Source: Patescibacteria group bacterium
Lineage (GTDB): Bacteria > Patescibacteriota > Minisyncoccia > Phycocordibacterales > JACOZG01
NCBI GenBank assembly: GCA_038065495.1
Contig: JBBTQW010000001.1
Coordinates: 44,137-108,136, forward strand
DNA length: 64,000 bases
Direction: 5' to 3'
In this document: positions 37,787 through 48,047 of the stretch, in pieces
How positions within the stretch are numbered: position 1 is the first letter of the stretch
Layout: every line of letters begins with the position of its first letter
Made by a program: the position numbers and the translations under genes
Notes under the pieces: model-generated
What the model saw: the letters and a program-made list of their open reading frames with translations, nothing else
The model's database searches: none
Told to the model about the DNA's origin: nothing

Positions 37787-37800
37787 GTGGCCACACTATA

Positions 37801-40515
37801 TTACTTTACGCTATGCGAGGCAACTGGATTGGCGCGCAAGGTGCGACGACCAGACTTGAGCGCTTTCTTGATCTCTAGCGCTGGTTTGCCATTTTTTAGC
37901 TCCACCGAGAGCGCACCGCCGCCCTCGATCTGCTTGGCAATAATAAACTCGGCGACTTGGTTAAGAATCTCGTTCTGGATCAAGCGCTTGAGCGGCCGCA
38001 CGCCATACTCGGCGCTATAGCCCTCACGCGCCAGATAAGCCATCACTTCGGCCGAGACTTGCAAACTGATGTTCTTGTGACTCAAACGCCGGCGCACTAG
38101 CTCCAGTTGGATGTCCACAATTTCTTTAATCACTTCGGCTGGTAGTGGATTGAAAATAATAATGTCGTCTAATCTATTCAAGAATTCCGGGCGGAAATGA
38201 TTTTTTAAACTTTCCATGATTCTCTGCTTGGTTTCGTTATAATCCGGCAAACCAGCATTCTCGCCGCTGGCGAAGCCGATTTTCTGCAATCTCTGGATAA
38301 ACTCACTGCCGATATTGGACGTGAGAATAATGATCGTGTTCTTGAAATTTACTGTTCTCCCTTTGCCGTCAGTTAGCCGGCCATTGTCTAAGACTTGTAG
38401 AAGAATGTTAAAGACTTCTGGATGCGCTTTCTCAATTTCATCAAACAGCAAGACCGAATATGGCCGATGGCGCACCGTCTCGGTGAGTGAGCCGCCTTCC
38501 TCATAACCCACATAGCCGGGCGGCGAGCCGATCAGTTTGGAAACCGAATATTTCTCCATATATTCGCTCATATCGATCCGCACCAGCGCCTTGTCGTCGT
38601 CGAACATAAAATGCGCCAGCGTCCGGGCCAGTTCCGTCTTGCCCACGCCCGTTGGCCCGAGCAGCATAAACGAGCCAATCGGCCGATCCGGGTCCGCCAC
38701 GCCAGCGCGAGAACGTTTAACGGCTTCTGCAATCTTCCGCACCGCTTCATCTTGGCCCCGCACGCGGCGCTTGAGCTCGTCCTCCATCCGCGTTAGCCGA
38801 CCCACCTCGCTCTCCAGCATCTTGGTCACTGGGATATGCGTCCAGCGCGCCACCACCTTGGCAATCTCCTCATCCGTCACTTCTTCTTTTAGAATCCTTC
38901 TAGAACTCTGCAGCTTTTTTAACTTAACATCACGCAGCTTTAGTTCTTTTTCCAATTGCGGAATCCGACCATATCTAATCTCCGCCGCGCGGGAGAGATC
39001 TGCTCGGGCCTCGGTCTGCTCGGCTTCCAGTTTGAGATTATTTAGCTCGCGCTTAAGCGTTTTGATCTCACCAATCACCTCCTTCTCATTCTTCCACTTC
39101 AGCTCCAGCTCGCTCACTTGCTCGCGCAAGTCGCTGATTTCTTTATCAATTTTCTTGACGCGCGCCTTAGTCGCTTTGTCGTCATTGAGAGTTAACTCTT
39201 TCTTGAGCGCTTCGCGTTCTACTTCTAATCTCATAATCTTCGTATCTGCTTCGCCTAATGCTATTGGCTTATTCTCCAATTGCAATCTTAGCGCGCTCGC
39301 CGCTTCGTCTACCAAGTCGATCGCCTTGTCTGGCAAGAACCTGTCAGCAATATACCTACTCGACAAGTTTACGGCCGCCACAATCGCGCTATCCGTGATG
39401 TGCACGCCGTGATGCGACTCATAGCGCGGTTTGAGTCCGCGCAAGATCGTAATCGCGTCTTCCACCGTTGGCTCTTCCACGTAGACTGGTTGGAAGCGGC
39501 GCGTGAGCGCTTGATCTTTCTCAATATACTTCTGATATTCCTTCGTCGTCGTCGCGCCAATCGCGCGCAGTTCGCCGCGCGCCAGCGCCGGCTTAAGCAT
39601 ATTACTCGCATCAATCGCTCCTTCCGCTGCCCCCGCTCCCACGATAGTGTGAATTTCGTCAATAAATAAAATAAATTTGTTACTCGAGCGTTCTAATTCT
39701 TTCAAAACACCCTTCAAACGCTCTTCGAACTCGCCCCGATACTTCGTCCCCGCCACGAGCAAGCCCAAATCAAGTGAGATTAATTCTTTCTCGCGTAGCG
39801 ATTCCGGAATATCACCACGCACAATCTTAATCGCCAAACCTTCGGCAATTGCCGTCTTGCCCGTCCCCGCTTCGCCAATCAAAATTGGATTATTTTTGGT
39901 CCGGCGCGACAAGATTTCCATTAATCTCTGGATTTCTTCTTCCCGGCCAATCACCGGATCCAGTTTATCTTCTCGTGCTAGATCGGTTAAGTTTTTTGTA
40001 AACTTTTCAATATTCTTAAACTTTTTTGGCACTTCCGGCTCTGGATTATTATCTTGATTTGCCCGCAATTCTTGCAACACTTTCAACACCCTGTCTTTAG
40101 TCACCCGAAATCTGTTTAAAACCTCATGCGCTGGGTTGGGAGTTTCTAATAAGCCTAACAACAGATGCTCAACAGAAACAAATTCATCTTGCAAATTTGC
40201 ACTAATCTTAGCTGCAGTGTCGAAAACTTTCACCAATTCTGGCGTGAGATAGATTTGGTAAGCAGCCGATAAAACCGCCGGTTGCTCGTGACCATCCAAA
40301 CTTTCTAGCACATAATCTGCGAGCATCACCGTGTCCACTTCGATTTTGTCGAGAATAGAATTAAACAAACTATCTTCTTGCAAGAGTAATGCCGCCAGCA
40401 AGTGGAGTGGCCCAACCTGATTCTGCCCACGCTCAATGGCCAGCTCGTGCGTTTTGCGAATTACTTCTTTGGCCTTAGACGTAAAATTAGAAAATGGCGG
40501 CGGCAAATTACTCAT
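37801..40515 (-). CDS. clpB: ATP-dependent chaperone ClpB
   Basis: Clp-N domain, GEAGTGKT, FIDEIH, long coiled-coil middle domain, GPTGVGKT, GYVGYEEGG. Confidence 0.92.
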   Translation of the reverse strand: MSNLPPPFSNFTSKAKEVIRKTHELAIERGQNQVGPLHLLAALLLQEDSLFNSILDKIEVDTVMLADYVLESLDGHEQPAVLSAAYQIYLTPELVKVFDTAAKISANLQDEFVSVEHLLLGLLETPNPAHEVLNRFRVTKDRVLKVLQELRANQDNNPEPEVPKKFKNIEKFTKNLTDLAREDKLDPVIGREEEIQRLMEILSRRTKNNPILIGEAGTGKTAIAEGLAIKIVRGDIPESLREKELISLDLGLLVAGTKYRGEFEERLKGVLKELERSSNKFILFIDEIHTIVGAGAAEGAIDASNMLKPALARGELRAIGATTTKEYQKYIEKDQALTRRFQPVYVEEPTVEDAITILRGLKPRYESHHGVHITDSAIVAAVNLSSRYIADRFLPDKAIDLVDEAASALRLQLENKPIALGEADTKIMRLEVEREALKKELTLNDDKATKARVKKIDKEISDLREQVSELELKWKNEKEVIGEIKTLKRELNNLKLEAEQTEARADLSRAAEIRYGRIPQLEKELKLRDVKLKKLQSSRRILKEEVTDEEIAKVVARWTHIPVTKMLESEVGRLTRMEDELKRRVRGQDEAVRKIAEAVKRSRAGVADPDRPIGSFMLLGPTGVGKTELARTLAHFMFDDDKALVRIDMSEYMEKYSVSKLIGSPPGYVGYEEGGSLTETVRHRPYSVLLFDEIEKAHPEVFNILLQVLDNGRLTDGKGRTVNFKNTIIILTSNIGSEFIQRLQKIGFASGENAGLPDYNETKQRIMESLKNHFRPEFLNRLDDIIIFNPLPAEVIKEIVDIQLELVRRRLSHKNISLQVSAEVMAYLAREGYSAEYGVRPLKRLIQNEILNQVAEFIIAKQIEGGGALSVELKNGKPALEIKKALKSGRRTLRANPVASHSVK

Positions 40516-40545
40516 AATATTTTAATTAACTAAAAATTTAGTAAA

Positions 40546-41370
40546 TTATTTCGGCAAAGCATTAAGCGTTTCTCGCACCATCTTGGCGGTGAGGGCGAGA
40601 CCAACGTCAGTCGAGACGCCCACGGCCTTGCCCTTAGTATTAACAATCGGCCCGCCCAGATTGTTCTGATTGGCCGCGCTGGTGTTGATAAATACGGTGG
40701 ACGAAGCAGTATTACTAAACAGGCCCGAGACAATACCACCAGCCACCGTAATTGGTCCATTGTCTGGCACACCCAGCGCCACGACCGTCTGGCCGGGCAG
40801 AGCTTCCGTCTCAACCAAATCTAATTTGGTAAGTTTGGGATTAGTAATATTTTTCCCGTCAGCGTCCTTGAGACTGGCCAAATCTAACTTGAGTAGCGTG
40901 ATCCCGCGCTTGGCGTCGCTCCGCACCACTTGCGCCATAGCTGTGCGCTTATCGCTCAAGAAAACTTGATAAGCACCCGGGACATTAGCAATCGTCGCTT
41001 GATTATTGGTGGCAAAAATTTTATCAGCTGTGGCGAGCAAACCTTCGTCAGTAATAATAAAACCCGAGCCAAGTGTACTGCCAGCTTTGTCGGCAATGCG
41101 CACTACCGCCGGGCTAGCCGCGTTGATCACATCCACAATCAATTGCTCCTCCGTCACGATCACCGGCACCTCTTTGATCACCGTGGTGGTCTTGGTATCG
41201 CCGGGCACGGTCTTCTCGATCGTCCGCTCCACCACGCGATTAATCGTCTGCGTTACTGTCGGTGGCGCTTGCTCTAATAAAGTGACTGTTACAATCCCCG
41301 TCGCGATACTCGTGACGAAGCTAATCAACAAAGTGAGCAAAACGATTTGATTTTTGTTTAATTCTTCCAT
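40546..41370 (-). CDS. HtrA/S1C trypsin-like protein, probably catalytically inactive
   Basis: TM anchor, GSGFII; TADKI in place of TNxHV; NNLGGP in place of GNSGGP. Confidence 0.7.
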   Translation of the reverse strand: MEELNKNQIVLLTLLISFVTSIATGIVTVTLLEQAPPTVTQTINRVVERTIEKTVPGDTKTTTVIKEVPVIVTEEQLIVDVINAASPAVVRIADKAGSTLGSGFIITDEGLLATADKIFATNNQATIANVPGAYQVFLSDKRTAMAQVVRSDAKRGITLLKLDLASLKDADGKNITNPKLTKLDLVETEALPGQTVVALGVPDNGPITVAGGIVSGLFSNTASSTVFINTSAANQNNLGGPIVNTKGKAVGVSTDVGLALTAKMVRETLNALPK

Positions 41371-41383
41371 TTTTCTTTATTTT

Positions 41384-41974
41384 TTAACTATTTTGCATAA
41401 TATACCATACTTTTTCCCAATTTACAACGTTCCAAAACGCGTCCACGTAATCCGCTCTTTTGTTCTGATACTTGAGATAATAAGCGTGTTCCCACACATC
41501 CAAGCCAAGCAAAATCTTGGCACCACTCGGCAAATCCTGATTCGCGCTTGTTTCAATCTTTAATCTTCCCGCCTCATCAACAATCAACCAGACCCAACCA
41601 GAACCAAACCGACTCAAAGCCGCGTCTTTAAATAATTTTTTAAAATTCTCCAAACTTTCGAAATTCTCATTTATTTTTGCCAGCAATTCCGAATAATTGG
41701 TAATTTGCGTTTGAGTATTTTCTGCCGGTATTAGAATTTCCCAGAAAAAACTGTGATTCCAGTGGCCACCAGCATTATTTTTCACTACCGGATTTTCACT
41801 GGCACACAGTTCCAACAAACTTTTCTGGGCCAACTCCGGATTTTTCTCTAGCTCACCGTTTAGCTTATCAATATAAGCCTGATGATGCTTAGTGTGATGA
41901 ATCCGCATCGTCGCCTCATCAATCCACGGCTCTAATGTGTTGTATTCGTAATTTAGTTTGGGTAGTGTGTACAT
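41384..41974 (-). CDS. sodA: Fe/Mn superoxide dismutase (probably Mn type)
   Basis: [25 protein letters not shown]. Confidence 0.92.
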   Translation of the reverse strand: MYTLPKLNYEYNTLEPWIDEATMRIHHTKHHQAYIDKLNGELEKNPELAQKSLLELCASENPVVKNNAGGHWNHSFFWEILIPAENTQTQITNYSELLAKINENFESLENFKKLFKDAALSRFGSGWVWLIVDEAGRLKIETSANQDLPSGAKILLGLDVWEHAYYLKYQNKRADYVDAFWNVVNWEKVWYIMQNS

Positions 41975-42067
41975 ATCCAGATTATAATAAAAAAACGACC
42001 TCATGTCAGCAACCAGGCTGATGTGAGGTCGTTATAATATTTCGTACAGTCCTGATGGGTCTGCACG

Positions 42068-42418
42068 CTACTTCTTCTCCTTTGGTCGGACACTTGGCTC
42101 AAAAGACCGGAGGAATGCCAGAGCCGCTTTCTTGATGATAATTTTTCCACCCTGCATCGGTGGAAGAATTGGCATCCAACAATTTCCCATTGCATCATAC
42201 GGACGATAACCGAGTCTAAACCCTATTGATTCCTTGAAAGGAACCCGGACATGGGCCGTGAGGAAACCAGGACACCCTTTCTCGGCGAAACAATGTATAT
42301 CACCCTCATCACGCGGTCTGAATTTCTCTGGATCCATCGCATGTTTGAGCCATCTAATCTTCCGGAGATTGAGCAGATCTTCCCTTTCGCTGACCGCTTC
42401 ACTTGGCTTTTTTGCCAT
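42068..42418 (-). CDS. Orphan hypothetical protein (cassette type)
   Basis: TTGACA(42527)-N16-TATAGT, leader GTACATTGCAAA, terminator at about 41989-42032. Confidence 0.55.
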   Translation of the reverse strand: MAKKPSEAVSEREDLLNLRKIRWLKHAMDPEKFRPRDEGDIHCFAEKGCPGFLTAHVRVPFKESIGFRLGYRPYDAMGNCWMPILPPMQGGKIIIKKAALAFLRSFEPSVRPKEKK

Positions 42419-42523
42419 CTGAGCTCTCGCTTTCTTTGCAATGTACTTCTAGCATAATCTGGCTAGAATTCAGCTGCTGGTAATACCAGCTCAACTCTCA
42501 CTATAGCAAATACTGGAGACTTG

Positions 42524-43597
42524 TCAAGTCACAGAAGGATCGAGCTGTTTGTTTAATTTCTTCACACTGTTTAATTTTTTCAAAATATCCGGCAAAACTC
42601 GCAAAACGTAATCTAAATCACTCTTTTTCGTTTCCGGACTCAAACTAAATCTGACTGCACTCGAATCTGTCTTAATTAGATCATGTGTCTGCAAACTGCA
42701 AGCCGCGCCAGTAGAACAAGCAATGCCTTTGGCATCCAGTTCCAGGACAATCTGCTCGCCCAGCAAACCAGCGAAGCTCACGCTCACATTATTCGCCAAC
42801 CTAACTTCTTTTTTATTTTCAGTTATTTCTGGTCCGTTTAATTTTACATTTTTTAACTTTAATAATTTAACAATAAAATAATCGCGAAGTTTGCTCACTT
42901 TCTGATTATTCATTTCTCTATTTTTCTGTGCTAATTCTAACGCTCGCGCAAATTTAATTATCCCTGCCACATTTTCTGTCCCCGAACGCAATCCCCGCTC
43001 TTGTCCGCCACCAAGCAAAACTGGTAATATTTTTATCCCACGCCGCACAAACAAACAACCTACGCCAGCCACGCCAATTTTTGCGCCGTTCAAAGTCAGC
43101 AAATCCACGCCAAGCTTCTGCACATTGAGATCTAAATATTTCGCCGCCTGGCAAGCGTCGGTGTGCAGATACGGTGTTCTAGATTTATTTGCTAATCTAA
43201 ATTTTCTAATTACTTTCGCTACTTCTCTAATATTATTTATCACGCCAATCTCGTTGTGTGCATAAATAACAGAAACGAGATCTGTTTGTTTTTTTAAATT
43301 ATTTTTTAATTCAGAAATATTAGAAATAAAACTAGCGTTAAACTTTTTTGCTGGTTCTAAGACAGATGCATGCTCTAAATCTGTTGTGATTAAGTGTCTA
43401 GGTTTAAGACCAAAAATCGCGAGATTGTTAGATTCTGTGCCGCCAGAGGTAAAAATAATTTCATCTGGTTGCGCGTGTAATATTTCTGCTACTTTTCGGC
43501 GCGCTTGATCTAACTTTCTCGCAGCTAGAATTCCCTCTTGATGTAAACTTGAGGGATTGTCTTGCCCGGCGGCGGAGTCAAGATAAATTTGCTTCAT
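42524..43597 (-). CDS. iscS: Cysteine desulfurase (IscS/NifS family)
   Basis: YLDSAA, FTSGGTESNN, HTDACQ, RSGTEN, STGAACS. Confidence 0.85.
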   Translation of the reverse strand: MKQIYLDSAAGQDNPSSLHQEGILAARKLDQARRKVAEILHAQPDEIIFTSGGTESNNLAIFGLKPRHLITTDLEHASVLEPAKKFNASFISNISELKNNLKKQTDLVSVIYAHNEIGVINNIREVAKVIRKFRLANKSRTPYLHTDACQAAKYLDLNVQKLGVDLLTLNGAKIGVAGVGCLFVRRGIKILPVLLGGGQERGLRSGTENVAGIIKFARALELAQKNREMNNQKVSKLRDYFIVKLLKLKNVKLNGPEITENKKEVRLANNVSVSFAGLLGEQIVLELDAKGIACSTGAACSLQTHDLIKTDSSAVRFSLSPETKKSDLDYVLRVLPDILKKLNSVKKLNKQLDPSVT

Positions 43598-43627
43598 TAC
43601 GCCGATTCTAGTATAATTTCCGCCACG

Positions 43628-44083
43628 ATGCCAGCTTTTCTTAATTTTGCGATTTTTGAGCCTTTTTACTTACTGCTAGCCGCCGTGCTCATTTTGCTAG
43701 CCTGGGTCGCCTACTTGGAGTGGCGGCTCAAGCGCTTTATGACCGGCCAGACCGGCGCGAGCTTGGAAAATAGCTTTGCTGATTTAACCGAAAGCGTCAA
43801 ACAAACTGACAAAGTTAACGAAGAGATTCAGCAACACTTGATCAAAATGGAAGAGCGTCTCCAGAAGAGCGTGCAGCATGTCAAAACAGTTAGATTTAAT
43901 CCGTTTACGGAAACTGGCGGCAATCACAGCTTTGCCACGGCTCTACTCGACGAACATGGCAATGGCGCAGTGATCTCCACACTGTACTCGCGCGATAAGA
44001 CCAGCGTCTTTGCCAAGCCAATCAAATCTCGCGTTTCAGAGTTTGAGCTAACCAAAGAAGAAGAACAAGCTATCGCTAAATAG
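43628..44083 (+). CDS. DUF4446-like protein (TM plus coiled coil)
   Basis: VRFNPF...GGNHSF...LYSRD...FAKPI...LTKEE. Confidence 0.75.
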   Translation: MPAFLNFAIFEPFYLLLAAVLILLAWVAYLEWRLKRFMTGQTGASLENSFADLTESVKQTDKVNEEIQQHLIKMEERLQKSVQHVKTVRFNPFTETGGNHSFATALLDEHGNGAVISTLYSRDKTSVFAKPIKSRVSEFELTKEEEQAIAK

Positions 44084-44115
44084 CAAAATAGCCAAAATAA
44101 TTTTTTACTAAAATC

Positions 44116-45603
44116 ATGTCTAAACAAAAACGCTCGCCAATTGTGGTGGTGATGGGTCACATCGACCACGGCAAATCCAGTTTGCTTGACTACATCCGGC
44201 AAACCAATGTCACTGCCGGCGAAGCTGGGGGCATTACCCAAGCCGTGAGCGCTTACGAAGCGGATGGCCTCACTTTCTTAGACACGCCCGGCCACGAGGC
44301 TTTCTCTGGTATTCGCGAACGTGGCGCCAGTATTGCTGATTTGGCTATTTTAATTGTCTCGGCGGAGGAAGGCGTGAAAGCGCAAACCCTAGAAACACTA
44401 GCGCAAATCCAAGCGGCTAATATTCCGTTCATTGTGGCGATTAATAAAATAGACAGACCAAATGCCAATGCTAATTTAGTAAAACAGCAGTTAGCTGAAA
44501 AAAATTTATTGCTGGAAGGTTATGGCGGCACGGTACCGGTCGCCGAAATCTCGGCCAAGACGGGCGCTGGTGTGCCAGAACTGCTGGAACTACTACACTT
44601 ACTGGCTGAAATGCAAAATCTCACGGCTGACTCAGCCGCACCGGCACAAGGCTTTGTACTAGAGGCGCACATGGACCACCGTGCCGGCGTGACGACAACT
44701 TTAATTATCAAAGACGGCACGCTCCAGACTGGCAGTTTTATCTTGATCGGTAATGATCTGAGTAAGATAAAGAGGTTAAATAATTTTAAAGGCGAAATGG
44801 TAAGAAGTCTGGGACCAGCTTCCCCAGCGCAGGTCGTGGGCCTCGCGGCATTGCCGACTGTGGGCGCGAGCTTCGTGGCTTATGCTGGTAAAGTAGAAGC
44901 AGAAAAAGCGCTAGCAGAAAGTGTCACGCCAGAAAAAAACCAACACAAAACGGCCGAGAATAATCAAGCTAACACTAATCAAGAAACTAAAAATAATCAG
45001 ACGGAAGTGCCAGTGATCCTGAAAGCCGATGTGCTCGGCAGTCTGGAGGCGCTCAAGAAAGAAGTGCTGAAGTTAGGTTCTGATCTGGTGCGGATAAAAA
45101 TCTTGAGCGAGGGCGTGGGTCGGATTAACGAGAACGAAGTCAAGCAAGCAGGTTCCGCGCGTGGGGCGATCATCCTCGGCTTCAACGTCGCACGAGAAAA
45201 CAGCGTAAACGAACTAGCAGAAAAGCTGGGTGTGGAAATTGCCACTTTTGAGATTATTTATAAATTGTCAGAATGGTTAGCAGAACAGCTTAAGCTCCGC
45301 ACGCCTAAGCAAGAAGTGGTGACGACCCTTGGTCGAGCTAAATTATTAAAAATCTTTAGCGCCACGCGCGAGCGGCAGATTGTGGGCGGCGTGGTGACAG
45401 AAGGCCAGATCGCACTGGGCAAGACGATCAAAATCTTGCGGCGTGATAACGAGATTGCGCGCGGCAAGATTGTGGAACTGCAAGAGCAGAAACTGCCGAC
45501 GAAAGAAGTTGGCGCCGATCGGCAGTTTGGTGCCGCGGTGGAAGTGAAAGTCGCACTGGTAGCTGGCGATGTGATTGAGGCGATTACAGTCGTCCAATCT
45601 TAA
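44116..45603 (+). CDS. infB: Translation initiation factor IF-2 (lacks N-terminal extension)
   Basis: GHIDHGKS, GGITQ, DTPGHEAF, NKID. Confidence 0.95.
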   Translation: MSKQKRSPIVVVMGHIDHGKSSLLDYIRQTNVTAGEAGGITQAVSAYEADGLTFLDTPGHEAFSGIRERGASIADLAILIVSAEEGVKAQTLETLAQIQAANIPFIVAINKIDRPNANANLVKQQLAEKNLLLEGYGGTVPVAEISAKTGAGVPELLELLHLLAEMQNLTADSAAPAQGFVLEAHMDHRAGVTTTLIIKDGTLQTGSFILIGNDLSKIKRLNNFKGEMVRSLGPASPAQVVGLAALPTVGASFVAYAGKVEAEKALAESVTPEKNQHKTAENNQANTNQETKNNQTEVPVILKADVLGSLEALKKEVLKLGSDLVRIKILSEGVGRINENEVKQAGSARGAIILGFNVARENSVNELAEKLGVEIATFEIIYKLSEWLAEQLKLRTPKQEVVTTLGRAKLLKIFSATRERQIVGGVVTEGQIALGKTIKILRRDNEIARGKIVELQEQKLPTKEVGADRQFGAAVEVKVALVAGDVIEAITVVQS

Positions 45604-45618
45604 TCAAGCTAAAAAATT

Positions 45619-45969
45619 ATGCCGAGACATGAAGAACGATTAGTAGCCGAACTGCGACGCCTAGCCGCGAGTTTCCTTACACGCGAATCTGACGGCCGCT
45701 CGCTGATTACGGTGACGCACGTGGAGCTATTGCCATCGGGGCGCAAAGCGGTGATTCTGATTTCGGTTTTGCCCGAGCAAGAAGAATTGCGGGCCATCGC
45801 CTTTGCCCGTCGGCGACGCAACGATCTCACTCACTACATTCGCGAACATGTGCGCACCGGCCACCTGCCGGAGCTGGACTTTGCTCTGGACTTAGGCGAG
45901 AAGCATCGACAGAAAATTGACGCCCTAGTGCTAAGCGATGAGCAGAAAAAATTAGATAAGCTGCGCTAA
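45619..45969 (+). CDS. rbfA: Ribosome-binding factor A
   Basis: Follows infB; LITVTHVE, PELDFALD. Confidence 0.8.
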   Translation: MPRHEERLVAELRRLAASFLTRESDGRSLITVTHVELLPSGRKAVILISVLPEQEELRAIAFARRRRNDLTHYIREHVRTGHLPELDFALDLGEKHRQKIDALVLSDEQKKLDKLR

Positions 45970-45990
45970 GTTTGCTAGAGTAAATTGGTC

Positions 45991-46062
45991 GGCCTAGTCG
46001 CCAAGTGGTAAGGCAAGAGTCTGCAAAACTCTTATACGGCGGTTCGATTCCGCCCTAGGCCT
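45991..46062 (+). tRNA. tRNA-Cys(GCA)
   Basis: agagt-ctGCAaa-actct. Confidence 0.93.
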
Positions 46063-46067
46063 CCTCT

Positions 46068-46150
46068 GCCCGGGTGGCGGAATGGTATACGCGACAGACT
46101 TAAAATCTGTTGACCGTAAGGTCTTGTGGGTTCGAGTCCCACCCCGGGCA
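46068..46150 (+). tRNA. tRNA-Leu(TAA)
   Basis: acaga-ctTAAaa-tctgt, long variable arm. Confidence 0.95.
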
Positions 46151-46175
46151 CTGTGTTATGATTTAAAAAAATTAA

Positions 46176-46251
46176 GCCCTGTTAGCTCAGCTGGTAGAGC
46201 AGTCGCCTCTTAAGCGAACGGTCGGGGGTTCGATTCCCTCACAGGGCACCA
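46176..46251 (+). tRNA. tRNA-Lys(CTT)
   Basis: tcgc-ctCTTaa-gcga, CCA end. Confidence 0.95.
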
Positions 46252-46305
46252 AAAAAATCATCTCTCCATAAGCTCGGGATGATTTTTCTTTTCGCGAAAA
46301 CCAGA

Positions 46306-46554
46306 CTAGAGACCGTAGACGTAATAACCCACTATCGCGTAATCGGCCAGATTATCCAGTAGCATCACACCGCTGCGATTATCGATCGCGCCGTTATTGA
46401 ATAGCGCGGCGGAAGCGTTATCGGCAATAACCGTCTGCACGTAACCACTCTGGCTTACATAAGCAAATGTGGCAGCTTGAGAGAAAGCCGGGATACCCAC
46501 GAGCAATAACGCCATTACTAGCAAACTGACTGGGAAAGTTAAATTCTTAATCAT
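46306..46554 (-). CDS. Small secreted hypothetical protein
   Basis: Signal peptide ending SQA|ATF. Confidence 0.6.
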   Translation of the reverse strand: MIKNLTFPVSLLVMALLLVGIPAFSQAATFAYVSQSGYVQTVIADNASAALFNNGAIDNRSGVMLLDNLADYAIVGYYVYGL

Positions 46555-46608
46555 TAGTTTTATTTTTTATTTTATTTTTCTATTAATAATCTCGATCACT
46601 CTTACCCT

Positions 46609-46636
46609 GTGCCGTTAAAGCACCAGAAACATTACA
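46609..46636 (-). promoter_or_regulatory. Putative ECF-type promoter
   Basis: TGTAAT-N16-CGGCAC. Confidence 0.5.
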
Positions 46637-46653
46637 GTTATTCCTGCTATTTC

Positions 46654-47202
46654 CTATTTCCTTTTGAGCTCACTCACCTCTTTCTCTAATTTCTTGATCT
46701 GGAGTTCCAGCTTCTGCGTATGTCCCACCAGCTTAGACTCCACTTGTTTAGCATGACTAGCCAGCGTCTCGGCCACCACCATCATGTCGGTAACATCTTC
46801 GATCGCCAATAGGATAATGGGCGGGAAAATCCCCGAAGTCGCATCTTCTTTGGGGTGGATCTGCCGGGCGTTTAAGATCATCACCTTGCGGCCAATCACC
46901 GGGAACTCATGCGCCACCTCAAAGCCTTTAAAGAAAGTGTTCTTGGGCAAAATATCTTCTAATAATTTCCTTAGAGACGGAATATTCCACTGGCCATTGC
47001 CCAGCTCATAGACTACCCGGTTCTCCGTTTCTCTGGCTTCCACCTGGAAGGCTAGATAAAATGATTCATTGGCCGCCATGACCCGTAACTCTTTATCCAG
47101 AATCAGAACCGGCTCACGCACCACGTCCACCACCGTCTTAATGTAAGTCCAACTCTCTTCCCACAATCGTCCGACGAGATCAGCATTTTTATTTGTTTCC
47201 AT
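46654..47202 (-). CDS. Stand-alone PAS-domain protein with C-terminal coiled coil
   Basis: VREPVLILD...ANESFY..F...ELGNGQWNIPSLRKLLE...LNARQI...LLAIED, similar to PAS domains of CheR/CheB fusions. Confidence 0.8.
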   Translation of the reverse strand: METNKNADLVGRLWEESWTYIKTVVDVVREPVLILDKELRVMAANESFYLAFQVEARETENRVVYELGNGQWNIPSLRKLLEDILPKNTFFKGFEVAHEFPVIGRKVMILNARQIHPKEDATSGIFPPIILLAIEDVTDMMVVAETLASHAKQVESKLVGHTQKLELQIKKLEKEVSELKRK

Positions 47203-47209
47203 AGCCACC

Positions 47210-47237
47210 TAGACGTTGAAATTTCCAAAACATTACA
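47210..47237 (-). promoter_or_regulatory. Putative ECF-type promoter
   Basis: TGTAAT-N16-CGTCTA, 7 nt before the ATG. Confidence 0.6.
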
Positions 47238-47362
47238 GTCACCCATTCTATCCAATCCATCCAATCCATTGTCATTAGCTATTACCAGCCGACAAGCGTA
47301 AGATCAGAGTAAGACTGGCGCAAACGTTCTTAGAGCTATTGACTTTTGTGCTGTAATATTCC

Positions 47363-47390
47363 GGTAATCAAAGCTCCTCCAACGCGTCTT
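47363..47390 (+). promoter_or_regulatory. Putative ECF-type autoregulatory promoter
   Basis: GGTAAT-N16-CGTCTT. Confidence 0.5.
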
Positions 47391-47402
47391 AAACTAGATA
47401 AC

Positions 47403-47930
47403 ATGCTAACCACCAAACAAGCGATTATCCAACGGGCATTGCTCGCTCTCGCCCACAGCGATTACAGCAAGGGGCTTAATTCCCATGCTTTCTTCAAAGT
47501 CAGCGACCGGGCAGTGGGCGAAGACTTAGTCCAAGACACTTTTACCAAAACTTGGCGCTATCTGGTGCGCGGCGGCAAGATCGAGATCATGAAGGCGTTT
47601 CTCTATCACATTCTTAATAATCTAATTATCGACGAGTACCGCAAGCGCAAACATAAGAACGCTTCGCTAGACTTGTTACTAGAAAAAGGCTTTGAGCCCA
47701 GCGCGCGAGAAACTGATAAATTATTCGACATCTTGGATGGCAGAGCGGCGCTGTTGCTAATCCAAAATCTGCCGGCAAATTATCAGAGGGTGATGCGCTT
47801 GCGTTATGTGCAAGATTTATCGCTCAAAGAAATTTCGCTCATCACCGGGCAGTCTACCAATACCGTGGCGGTCCAGACTCATCGCGGACTGGAAAAGCTC
47901 AAAGTCTTGTACCATTCGTCTCGGCCGTAA
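47403..47930 (+). CDS. ECF (sigma-24) family RNA polymerase sigma factor
   Basis: EDLVQDTFTKTW, FLYHILNNLIIDEYRK, LSLKEIS...VQTHRGLEKL. Confidence 0.9.
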   Translation: MLTTKQAIIQRALLALAHSDYSKGLNSHAFFKVSDRAVGEDLVQDTFTKTWRYLVRGGKIEIMKAFLYHILNNLIIDEYRKRKHKNASLDLLLEKGFEPSARETDKLFDILDGRAALLLIQNLPANYQRVMRLRYVQDLSLKEISLITGQSTNTVAVQTHRGLEKLKVLYHSSRP

Positions 47931-47954
47931 ACTCCTGCTACAATAAATCCGCCA

Positions 47955-48040
47955 GCCGAGGTGGCGAAATGGCAGACGCATCAGCTTTAGGAGCTGACGG
48001 GGGCAACCCCATGGAGGTTCAAGTCCTCTCCTCGGCACCA
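47955..48040 (+). tRNA. tRNA-Leu(TAG)
   Basis: tcagc-ttTAGga-gctga, variable arm, CCA end. Confidence 0.95.
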
Positions 48041-48047
48041 GTATAAC

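Noticed and set aside
38537-39412. 291-aa plus-strand ORF
   Set aside because: Ser-rich antisense frame of clpB.
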